Positions 12,501 to 22,200 of a DNA stretch of 64,000 nt are shown piece by piece (positions within the stretch are counted from its first letter, which is position 1; every line of letters starts with the position of its first letter). Source of the DNA: a virus; the IMG/VR virus record IMGVR_UViG_3300030103_002259, positions 1 to 64,000 of that record. One strand, 5' to 3'. Under the pieces are notes generated by a model. That model was not told where the DNA came from and did no database searches. It worked only from the letters and a program-made list of their open reading frames with translations. A program made the translations under genes and the position numbers.

Positions 12501-15500
12501 ATCATTAACAATATTTTGAATAGCAACACTAGACATATCCATTTCTACACCAATGGCTCTTAAAAAACTATTAGCTTTTTTATAATTAAACTGACCATTT
12601 GTACCAAAATCTTTAAGAACTTCATCTATTTTTAATACAGGTCTTGTTTTAACTTTACTAACATATGGATTTGTAGTAGAATCACTAACTTTAAAATTAA
12701 CTTCCCAATCTCTTCTAACTTGATATACATCAAAATTAGTTCTAGACATTCTAGCGCCATAAGTATCTCCTTCATCTTTATTAGACTGTAGATTTAGTTG
12801 TACATATGGTATTCTAGGCTTTTTAAAATCTTGCCAAAAACTAGTTTCTAGATCAAACTCAGCACCATCTTTGTACTGTGCTCCAGGATTAGGTAGTAGA
12901 TTTAAAAGCTGAGATAGTTCAGGGTAGTTTTGAGAGTTCTCCATGATCCTGTTGTACATATCTTGCTCATCAAAAGAACCTTGTAAAATTTTAGCTAACC
13001 TATTCCAAGTAATATCTATAGGTTGTATATCAGGTATACCAAAAAAGTCATTAACTATTATAGCCTCGCCAGCATCATTCTTTTCAACTTTATTAATACT
13101 AGCTAAAAGCATTAATGTGTCCATACCAGCAAGTTCTCTTGAAGATATGGTATTACCACCTTCTCTTTTAAATAGCTCACTAGCTTCTAAATTACTTGGG
13201 TCTTCTATTTCAACAAAAGTATCACCTAAAACTTTATAGATTGATTTTTCAATATTATATGAAATAACATTTTCTTGAAGTATATCAGTTTCAAAAACTT
13301 CTACAGGATCACCAAAATTGTCAATAATCTTATCTAGAAGAGTTAGTTTATCTTTTAAATCTTTTTCTAGAACTACATCTGGATTTTCTACTTTGTCATT
13401 GTTTTCAATAACTTGATCATAAATATCTCTATACTGCTCTCTAATACCAAAAACTTTATCAGAGACATCTTGATATAAAGCTATTTTATCATCTGTATTT
13501 CTTAATATCCTAAGTCCAGCTGCAGTAGTTTGATCTTCTAAATTGTATAATCTTATCTCATTTGCAATTAAATTATCTACAAGTTTTGAGGCTTTAATAG
13601 ACTCATCAATAGAAAAGTTTTCATTAATTGTTTTAGACCTATTTAGTTCAGTGAATATAATATTATTCATTGAAGGTGTAAGGTTAGATAAAATTGAAGG
13701 GTTGTCAGAAGCTCTATATAAATTTTCAAACAATTCTTTAACTACAGGTATATCAAGTGGAGTACTAACAACATCTCTTTTACTAACACCTGTAAATAAA
13801 GATTTTAAAAAGTTATATATCTTTCTAAAGATTCTACCTATAACACCTTGACGTTTTTGTTTACCTTTTGATATAGCAAAAGTTCTAAAAGATTCTGCTA
13901 AGTCTTCTTCAATTTCTAAAAATGATTTGTTTTTCCACTTATCATTTTTCATAACCTCATTATACAGTGAGATCTTTTCTTTTCTTGTTAAAAACAACTG
14001 TGAGAAACCATGCCATGCTTCATGATATACATCTACGGATGTACCACCATCTCCTTCATATAAAGTTATACCAAAGTTTTGCCAAGTAGCATAAGCATCT
14101 GAATTTACTATTTCAGTAATTCTAGTTAAACTAATGTGTTTACTTAAAGGTGAATTGCTCCACCAAGTCTCAGCTGCATCACGATCTTTTTTAGATGTAA
14201 AAACTTGCTTTAAATAAGCTTTTTCACGCTTAAGTTTTCTAGAACTATTTAAATTACGACCAGGTGTATTTAAAATATCATCTAATAAATTTACCTTAGT
14301 TGCAGGATTATTTTCTACAGCTTCTTTTTTAGACTCAGCCTTTTTAGCTTTAAACTTTGTCTTTTTCTTTTTAGGAGCTTCCTTATCTTTTTTCTTAGAT
14401 TTAGCTTGTTCATATCTTTTTTCAATATCTGTTTTTGTTCTTGTTTTAGGTCTACCCACCTCATATGCTTCTTCTGAAGCAGGTAAAAGATTGTTAGGGA
14501 TAGAATAGTTCATATATGCATTTAACCCATTAAAGTATGCGTTATCTACATCTTGAAATTCTATTTTCATAAAAGGAGCTATAAAATCAAAATACTTTTG
14601 TTCATTAGTAGTGATTTTACCTTCTGATATATTGTAATCTGTAAAAGACCCATTTTTATATGTACCATTAAAATGCACATTAGCTGGATATGTCTTCACA
14701 CCTTTAAAATCAACAGCCGACATTAAATGCTCTTTTATTAAAGTTCTAGTATCTTCAGTATAAAGATCTTCTTGTTTAATAGTCTCACCTTTTATTTTAA
14801 CTACAAGTTGAGGTACATTATCAATAACTCTCATTTTTGCAGTTATTCTATCTCTATTTGTTCTCTGACCTCTTGGTATAGAGTTATTTATAAACACCTC
14901 AAAATAAGCTTGTCTTTGTTCAGGTGTAAGCTCTCTTCCATTCAGTGTAGCCTTTGTAGTTAATACGTCAGCAATCTTATCTGCAAGTTCAGATGTGATA
15001 TCTCCTCTTTGAAAGTAAATTTGTTGATCAATAGTTACTCCAGGTTTTTTTCTAGATACCATAATCATTTGATACCCCTTCTTAGGACCTGTAGTTATTT
15101 GCTCATATTGCTTCACATCCTCTAAAGTAAGACCAGCTTGTGATAAAGACATTGTTCTTGTCCTATCTGTTTGGATACCAAAACTACCACCTGTAATTGG
15201 TAGTAATACTGCAGCGTCCTCCTCTGATAATAAAAACTCTCTTAATCTATAAAGCTCATTTAATTGTAGCTCTTGCTGCTCTGCAATTTCTTTTACTTTT
15301 TGCTCATAAAATTCTTTAGTAACCTTTTTAGCTTTTGGTTGAGCTTCCATTTGCTTAACTAATCTAGAAGCAATAACTTCTGGTTCAACTAGATTATAAT
15401 GTCTTTTACTCCTATTAGATAGTAATAGTTTATCACCAACTAAATTTACTTGTCTTAAATAACTATATACTATTCTTCCAGCGCCTTCTTCTGTTATCCT

Positions 15501-16274
15501 AGCATTATCATCAAAATATAAAGGTCTACCTTCAGCATTTGATACTATTGTAATAATACCTTCATAGCTAGGATTTTTATCTAGAAAATTACGGTCATCT
15601 GTAGTTAGCATTTCTTTTGGGACCTCAGATGATTTCATTGCAACTAAAGCTACAGGTGTACCGTCATAAAGAATCTCATTAGTATCTGACTCTTTTTGTC
15701 TTGCTAGATATACTATATCTTTTATAACCTCATAAAAAAGTTTTTTTTCTGGATCTAATTGATTTCTTTCAAACTCAGAAACTTCTTCAGGATTAGCAGA
15801 GTAGGCCATTTGTGTAGTAGTTGCCCAAGGAAAAACAATCTTAGCGCCTTCATTCTCATTATAAGACCAAAGAATTTTTTCTTCTTTACCTTCTACTGGT
15901 TTAGATGGTTGACTTTTTCTTTCTCTATTAGCTTCTTTTATTTCCTCTTCAGTTTCTTCTTTAGTTGGTTTTGGATCTGTTACGGCCATCATTACATTCC
16001 AAAGATTATTAAAATCTACACGCATTTTAGCAAGATTGTTAAAATCAAAATCTTGCTCAACTAATTTTTCTATAATAGCTTCATCTTGAGAAACTAAATT
16101 TAAAATATCAGGAACAGCTTGAGCATAAAGTTTTGCTTTAGCTTTATCTGGGACAAGGTCATACAACTCTCTAATAAAAGAATTTATATTAATTGGTTCA
16201 GCACCCTCCATTATATCTTTATATAATAGAGAGTATACTTGAAGTGCTTGTTCGCTATTTAATTTACAGGCCAT
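6525..16274 (-). CDS. Virion-packaged DNA-dependent RNA polymerase catalytic protein (phi14:2 gp66-like)
   Basis: 3249 aa. Catalytic GGDFDIDK at 9603-9617, preceded by GVRIPVQG (about 9720-9745). Zincin HEAWH at about 14010-14024. Confidence 0.9.
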   Translation of the reverse strand: MACKLNSEQALQVYSLLYKDIMEGAEPININSFIRELYDLVPDKAKAKLYAQAVPDILNLVSQDEAIIEKLVEQDFDFNNLAKMRVDFNNLWNVMMAVTDPKPTKEETEEEIKEANRERKSQPSKPVEGKEEKILWSYNENEGAKIVFPWATTTQMAYSANPEEVSEFERNQLDPEKKLFYEVIKDIVYLARQKESDTNEILYDGTPVALVAMKSSEVPKEMLTTDDRNFLDKNPSYEGIITIVSNAEGRPLYFDDNARITEEGAGRIVYSYLRQVNLVGDKLLLSNRSKRHYNLVEPEVIASRLVKQMEAQPKAKKVTKEFYEQKVKEIAEQQELQLNELYRLREFLLSEEDAAVLLPITGGSFGIQTDRTRTMSLSQAGLTLEDVKQYEQITTGPKKGYQMIMVSRKKPGVTIDQQIYFQRGDITSELADKIADVLTTKATLNGRELTPEQRQAYFEVFINNSIPRGQRTNRDRITAKMRVIDNVPQLVVKIKGETIKQEDLYTEDTRTLIKEHLMSAVDFKGVKTYPANVHFNGTYKNGSFTDYNISEGKITTNEQKYFDFIAPFMKIEFQDVDNAYFNGLNAYMNYSIPNNLLPASEEAYEVGRPKTRTKTDIEKRYEQAKSKKKDKEAPKKKKTKFKAKKAESKKEAVENNPATKVNLLDDILNTPGRNLNSSRKLKREKAYLKQVFTSKKDRDAAETWWSNSPLSKHISLTRITEIVNSDAYATWQNFGITLYEGDGGTSVDVYHEAWHGFSQLFLTRKEKISLYNEVMKNDKWKNKSFLEIEEDLAESFRTFAISKGKQKRQGVIGRIFRKIYNFLKSLFTGVSKRDVVSTPLDIPVVKELFENLYRASDNPSILSNLTPSMNNIIFTELNRSKTINENFSIDESIKASKLVDNLIANEIRLYNLEDQTTAAGLRILRNTDDKIALYQDVSDKVFGIREQYRDIYDQVIENNDKVENPDVVLEKDLKDKLTLLDKIIDNFGDPVEVFETDILQENVISYNIEKSIYKVLGDTFVEIEDPSNLEASELFKREGGNTISSRELAGMDTLMLLASINKVEKNDAGEAIIVNDFFGIPDIQPIDITWNRLAKILQGSFDEQDMYNRIMENSQNYPELSQLLNLLPNPGAQYKDGAEFDLETSFWQDFKKPRIPYVQLNLQSNKDEGDTYGARMSRTNFDVYQVRRDWEVNFKVSDSTTNPYVSKVKTRPVLKIDEVLKDFGTNGQFNYKKANSFLRAIGVEMDMSSVAIQNIVNDPRFAIRFGVDQIYRILENVNKSTDKDFKEEFAMNPLKNLFEGKGNEDVRGRLRVLAELQNQFSDRFSNFSVTNPEKSRVWEHFLDNTITRMVTSINYASSWQELTGYRDADPNQLFKHMYWMNPDNNTQTQFSVLLGSIFDLQEGSSTFGEKKENALVLQNVAGTQLIDKNENSVGRNTASMDSTSKMLQEFHSMLLNGVEEFMRHASKNTAMGITTSNPINTYDGKSSAKLYVDVQAFMPGRFGEDRGTDIMTNYLAGEVNRIVRYNIGDYSNIKGYNRKVKNKLGQEVDAGSALTAFDDILSYDTQKAIYAKVKDAEKLNNPNYNFKPVLLADAELLENVRQDIQDYFDRVTEQTNNKLSKASYVDQSLLDKVDIRGYNLTSEELQKVLVKAYVYNSWIHKFETTILAYGDAVQYNHAKEEFHKRNAGLGAGGRGFRSDLRAQKFINDNSIFKRYYADRLGKPKRRYDGTLNTAIIKEIENDSSMYSEYLKHLESVYFKRLKNRDKAKKLAKTAMGEYLGMKVGDGQGYVTFESYRMLKKLENNWTDNQERLYRKVALGESLAIEDLIEYFPPYKVQYFGNIQNKGLPVTSFHKFSLAPLVPGVVEETSPLHQMHMKMMDQEIDYVTFESGSKISHIGSGDQVLVNGEFNNELEFTKNVIFAEYLKNQTEVNKSYKGKSIFSTQMRKLILEGLYTQGVIDTTDDSKITSKKVKRYLDHVADYTELAKFELLEEIGYKEDGENNFVPKGPGSTAKLVQIIRTNLEREDLLSDNLIEFIDVFDSGELQHDTSFHPDAAKIEKVLLSIINKRIIKPKIKGEPLVQKSSALYGINLPTYFRDKKKGNKTAAMKVAIAMQGDYYNLFNLKYSEKAGSLEFIKVTDENGELDIEASLARLNEKIKDESWLDANDGANRKAITLVGVRIPVQGLNSMEFAEVYEFLAPQASNIVVVPEEIVAKSGGDFDIDKLTFFMNNLDAVGKIIKPEFSDTKALKSDIAKNGLEAQKIAKQKAGLENEMINDIREILEMPHNYASLITPNGTFILKDIADKLSKKVMDYNPNAVMDRDGKFVDIKGISPTRIFEPLYNLYKHESNAVGKRTLGLGAVENTFNVIMNAAGAKMPEFINIGKNKSEKRQVNMYLRHHKFGDTDRISLSNQYDVDGVNKIADVISQMMNGWVDVEKDAWIFFIQGNYEVAPQLLYLVKAGVPVEEAIYFVSNPLVREYVEQQRLAKSTFAKLLGTEPNAPQFAKRQAASNVIGNNNVAGLNMKSKNSARNETGENLISDLFSNRKDKTFTLDEMRKVIDTNDKQSDLSHAMFLHYLSLEAQVSGLTRLKLSSNPDTSTKSTISDVEQTEADLDMEKVGDHAELLESFMNDSVISSFFNGPLSIALSKSLFTLRFNKAVSDFLIVKDEQITRDLIPMMFPGGNKEQFATTFRNDLVSFLFQNELRKYKLGDYYNSFETKTSFRTKPIDNFSRGAFVKDGILYVDEKTLQQEFINRDWEEGSDSDTSYESRDMFALNPGTFMRNGGKNYNEYLKFVLERETLRDVLPIQTLSKTTEFATELSRTQEMKPDLSSAKQSRYTYEKMISHRALTNTMNIYHMFIDPNYAFGIRYADLLDEFPNLKSNYEVLQKLQLDSNSNQTVFNLYIPEKDYTNDLSNLYTKNLLDLANPSVVKSIDQEENYRISRFFTDLKLFAFMQSGLNKEKVSITNVVDYTPFIQLLELGEKDLLNTLNTAGNKFLDNFFTLFQNQNSKYNPNKKLFKDYLANIDYENPARIKDVLNPTQERNLEETVQEDIEEDINEDIVPSNRLGLSITARSNIFTYNDNGAQTGYYENLVNANQDVVFIHNSTIKELQEDYTINFGGQSRFVALADDMSIDIPTGQDAQNDGMANTPYTYESIKELYERRINEIKKVNESQVVIAFPESGFGKNLPQELFVYLSKRLFEEFGYLNPGSTQYDIVEELVAQTQGISDKEVLAMLELQEDPFKC

Positions 16275-16276
16275 TA

Positions 16277-19200
16277 TTAGCAGTTTTCTGAATTATCTTT
16301 TAATTGTCTTAATAGGTCTTCTCTGCTATTTTCAGTGGCATTTGTTTTAGCCTTATCTATAGCTTCTTTATCTTCACCTAATTTTTTAAGATCAGCAATA
16401 TTTTCTGTTGCTATATCATTATCTTCTGGCGTAATTTCTAGTTCCATAGTTTCCTCTTCAGTTATTCTACTAAATGTTGATTTAAGCTCAATCTTCGAAT
16501 AATCTCTTGTATTTTTACTAATTATATTTTGCACAACAACCAACGGTCTAATACTTTCTTTATTCTTTATACTTTTTACTAAATATATAGATCCATCATT
16601 ATTAAGAGACAAATATGTTTCACCAGGAATTAAATTTTCTATATCCATTGACTTATTAATCTCTTGTAACTTAGTACTATAAGCTTCTTTAACAGCGTCA
16701 AGGTTTAATTCTGAACCGTCTTTATTAGCTTCCAAGAATGCTTTTTCATAAGCAGCTTTAATTGTGCTAGCATTAGCCTCATTAATATCTGTAATCAAAG
16801 GATTCTCTTGCTCCTCTCTAGTTTCAAGAATATCTAAACCTCTAGATTTTTTAATATCTGCTTTTAACTCTCTTGTTGTAGACGGTCTAAGAACTCTCTT
16901 TGTCTCTTGTCGTCTAGGCTCTGCATTCTCAGGTACACTAGACCTTTCCTGTATTTTTTCGGGATCAAAGAGGTCTTTGACTTCTCCTTTTTGTCTTTTA
17001 CTGATTTTGCCATCCTTGTTTAATTTAATTAATTCTAAATCTGATAATAGTAAATTTAGTGAATTTATTTGTCTTACTATATCATCTACAATATCACCTC
17101 TGTTTATAAAATCAAATCCTAGCTGTTCAAGCTTTATAATTGAATCTTTAACCCAATCAATAAGTTCTTGACCATTCTGATATGATACACCTTCTAAACC
17201 TTCATCTATTAATGTATCCATAGCAGCAGGATAGTTTTCTGATAGAATAGAATCTATAGCTTCTGATATAGTTTGATTGATAGATAATCTTCCAATTTCT
17301 TTTAGATCTCTAACTTCATCAGAACCAACCCTATTCTTAGTTATTTTTTGAAAACTATTAGGTAATTTATTTAAAGCAAAAATATAACTATTTAGATTAC
17401 CACCTCGTAAATATACAGTTGGATTGTTGTTAGATAACTCTGTTATTTCAGAGTCAATTCTTTTCTTCTCTGACTGAAATCTAGATATTTTTCTAATAAT
17501 ACGATTAGTATCATTTTTAGATTTAGCTTTAGCCTGGTTTTTCCTGAGCTGAAATATTTTAACACTTAAATCAGATGAAGCTTTCTTAAGTCTATTTATT
17601 TTATTTGAATTTTGTTTATAGCTTAATAATGTAATAGCCCCTGAAGCATCGCGCAGTACATCATATTTTACACCATTAATTGTAGCAATTGATTCTTGTG
17701 GGTTATCAAACTTAGCATTTATAACTTGTGCATCAACAACTCTTTGCTGACCCACTTTTTCAATTGTAGCTGTAGGTTGTATACCTATATCCATGATACT
17801 AATATCACCGTCACTAACAGGTTTTAAATTGAATAATATCTCTGTTATTTCTGATCCAGGTTTAGCTTTTTTCTTTTCTAATTTAGAAATTTCAGATTTT
17901 AAATTTGATATAACCTCATCACTCTTAAATTCACTAGCTTGTTCTAAAGACAAATCATTACGAAGTTGTTCCAAAGCAATCTCTGTTGCCATATCTGCAG
18001 GGGCTTCTTGTCTCAATGCGTATCTACCATTAGGTAATTGAACTAAGGTTCCTGTTTCTCCCTGATAGATAATCATATTGCCTATGTTATCACGGAGACT
18101 AAGCTGTGTAGGATCAGAAGATGGTATTGTTGAGTCTACAGAAACCTCACCTTTAGCATTTTCCCCTTCGATTTTTGTTAAATTTGGCTCTATTCTCTCT
18201 ATACCATAGTTAGCAACTTCTGTAAGATACTCTATTTCTATAGTATCATCTTGAATGCCACTCATCATACCTGGCTTTTTAATAGAGTTAATATAACCAT
18301 CAATAGTTACATTTAATTCTAATGGTAATAAACCAATAGACTCTACATTTATACCAGTCATATTATAAAATAAATCACTGTAAATAGTTTGTTGGGCTCT
18401 AAAGTAGGATTCTTTATCATACCTTTCGCCTGTACCAAACCTTGACCATGTACCAGGTTGAGCAGTTTTAATATCTATAATCTTAACATTACCTTCTGTA
18501 TCTACAGCAAGAAGATCAATTTCTCCTGTAATACCGTGTTCTAATAAATTTTTATCAAAAAGTAAAACATTCTCAGAAAGAATTTGCCACTTACCATCTA
18601 TAACACCTTCTCTAAGTTTAGAAATAATACCACTACCTGTTTTGAATAATGCATCAAAAGCCTCTCTTGACATAACATCTGAAATTTTCACAGGAAGACC
18701 TTTCATTTCTACAGTTGAATCATAGTTAAAATCTATAAATCCTGGACCACCTTGTTCAGCTTTAGGAGTTAAAAACATTCTAGTAAGTATATCTACAGTA
18801 TTACCACTCTCTGAGTAATGATTCATTGCAAGTTTTCTAACAACACGATCTAGTGTTTCAAAAGTTGGATTCTTTCTAAACGCATTCTCTAAAATACCAA
18901 GCTTCTTTTCACTACCAAAACTATTTTTATAATTACTATAAGCTAGCTCTCTAAATCTTGAAATAAACTTATCTATTTTTGACTCTAGAGTGGGTAGCTT
19001 ATCACTTTCAAAAATAGTATTATAAAGATTTTCTATTGGACCAGGCTGACCATCTTCTGTTTTTTCAATTGGATCATATCTAAACTGAGGATCTCCTGTT
19101 AAATCTTGCTTAACTTTTTCAGCTACACTAGTTACACGAGTTGGTCTAGGGTCAGTTTCTTCACGGTCTGCAAATCTTCTACCAGTAACATTACCATCCG

Positions 19201-22200
19201 CATCTTCAATCTCAACAACCTCATTACGTCTATTAATAATGTTATTTGTAATATTTAAAATTACTTCTTGCGCTAGAGTTTGAGGTTGAAAAGCTTTAGA
19301 TCGAGCATCTAAATATCCACGTATTGCTTCTAAGTCAGAATTAATATTTGCTATATCTTCAGCAGTGAGTTGAACTTTTTCATTAGGTTTCTGAGCATTT
19401 GGTGCATACTCTCCATCACGTAGTATAGATTCTAATTTATTATATATTTTACTAATTTCCTCTGACTTTGTATTAGCTGTAGCTTTATAAGGTAAAAAGT
19501 TAAGAGTAGGAGGTTTTGCTAACTCTTCTGCTTTTAAACGGTTTACTCTAGCTAACTCTTCATTAAGCTCATCAATTAAATAAACTTGTTGTTTTAACCA
19601 TCTATCCCTTAAAGTTTCATATTTATTAGGATCTACCTCTTTTAAATTTTCACTCTCCTCTAAATCAGTTACTAAAAATTCATCAAACTGAAAAGTTATC
19701 TCTTCCTGAGCATCAACATCAAAATCTTTAAATGGTGTATCTGTAGTGTAAAACGCAGGAGCATTTATTTCTCTATCAGAAGATCTAAACTCATCAGTCA
19801 ACTTTTCTAAAAGAGCATCATACTCCTCATTAATTTGTTTAACAGACTCCTTATAAGATACATTTATTGGATCTAACAGATAAGCATCAGCGTTTTCTCC
19901 AACTATAAGTTTATCAGTTTCAGCATCATTAATTTCTTGTTGAAGCTGATCTTTAACATCAGTCAAATATGCAGACAAAATTAACTTTTGAAATGCAGCA
20001 CCTACCTGAGTATCTCGTAATACAGACTCATCAACATCAGCTTTTATTTTATCAGCAGTCTTATTTAATTTTTGTAAGCTTTCTGGTATAGTAATTAATC
20101 TTTCTACAGATTCTTGAAACTGTTCCTCAGTAATAAACCCTTCTGCAACTGTAGATTGATATGCAGCCTCCAGCAATACATAATCATTACTTTCTAATTG
20201 ATTTAGAATACTATTTAGTAGGTTCATTCTTGCAACTAAATCTATACGTTGTTGCTCAGTATCAACCTCTCTTTTATCAATCTCTTTTAGTAGTTCATCA
20301 AGAGTATTACCAAACTTTTCTTTAAATGCAATATCAAACTCTTCTTTTTCATAATTAAGAGCTTCGGTTCTAGCAGCTTCTATCTCATTTTTTCTAGCCT
20401 CAAAAGTATCTTTATCAGTAACATCCTCTTGATCATCTCTCTGATAGTCTGCCTCAGCAGCCATTTCAAATAATTCTACATACTCCTCATATAAAAGACT
20501 ATCCTTATTTATTATTCTTTTGTTAGTTATATCTATAAAATAATCAGGTAGTTTATCATGATCTTCAACCCAGTCTGCAAACTGTTCTAGATCTACAAAG
20601 ATACCTTTATCTGCAAGCTCATTTATTAAAGCATTTTTTTCTATATTAGATTGATTAGCATCAACTATATCTTTAAAGTATTGCTCTCTATTATTATAGA
20701 GATCTTTCATCCACTTAAAATTAGAATCAACATGCTCAAAGAAATCTTTTGGATTACTTAGTAGATTAATATATGTAGCAAGACCAGCATTTTCATTTTT
20801 AATAATGTGCATATTTAATAATGAATCAAATAAATTATCAAAACTTTCATTATCTAATTGCATCTCAAGCTTTGCTCTTTCTTGTGGATCAGAGACTAAT
20901 GACATTAATAAATTTCTAAATGAATCTTTGTATCTTGAAAATTCAGTAGTTTTACCATCTTCAAAATCTTTCATCATTTCATTTAAGACCTGTATCTCAA
21001 CCTCTTCTGGGGTCAATGATGGATCTTTTTCCATCATTTCAGTCTTAAGATTACTAACAATTTTATTTTTAAAGTATGCATTTATCAGATCATTCTGAGC
21101 AGATTCATACTCTTTAAGAGCTTCTATTTTTGCTTGTCTAAATTCTAGGTCTTGATTGATCTCAGATTGATATTCTAAATTAGGATTAGATCTTAAACCA
21201 TCTAACTCAGTTTCTAACATTGCAATCTCTCTACTTAGCTTTGCAGGATCTACTAAAGAACTTACTTCTGAGAAGTTTAAGTTTTTAATAGCATCTACTT
21301 CACTTAGCATATTATAAAGCTTGCTTTGTGTTTTTAGGTTCTCATCAAAAGAACTTTGAAAAAAGACAAAGTTTTGTAGCGCTAATTGGTACGCTCTATT
21401 ATATATTTGAGCCTTCTGATAATCTTCACTACCTTTTTTAAAGTCATCTAAATTAATTTGATACTTCATTTTATCTCTAGCAGCACGGTACCTCTTAGAA
21501 ACCATCTCTGCAGACTGTATATTTGCATCTAAATCAGCTAGAGCTTTTTGACCCTGACCTGACTCAAGCCCCCAAGCTTCTTCAATATCTTTAGGACTAG
21601 CTTCTTTATAAGACTTTAAATTCTTTAAGAACATATCAAAAGTATTATTCTGTAAAGATGTCATAGCAGCACTCATAAATGCGGCAAATGCAGTATCTTT
21701 AGCCTCTTTCTCAGTTATTTCTTCTGAGTCTATTGTTTTAGCAGCTAGCATCTGATTTGCATAATTACTAAATCTTGGGTCAAAAAAGAATTTAGCATCT
21801 TTATGCATTGTGTTTAAAGCATCTTTCATTTGATTAGCCTGTTCTTCTTGACTATCTAAATACTCTTGCCAATTATTTCTATGCTTATAAAATCTATTGT
21901 AACCCATAGTGGCACCATTAACCAATCTACCTGGTAACTGTAAGATAGTTCCCATGGCAAAACCTGATGCAAATGTTTCAAAACCTTGAGCACTAATTTG
22001 TTGATCTATACCATTACTTAATTGACCCAATACATATTGCATGTTTTTAGCGCTTGGGTCATAAAAAGTTTTCTTATAATATTGTTTAGTAGCTTCATTT
22101 AAAACATCTTGAGCAGTCTCTTGAAATCCTTCCATGACATTACCCTTAAAGTAATTCCATGCAGTATTACCCCATACTTTAGGCTTAGTAAATCCTTTTA

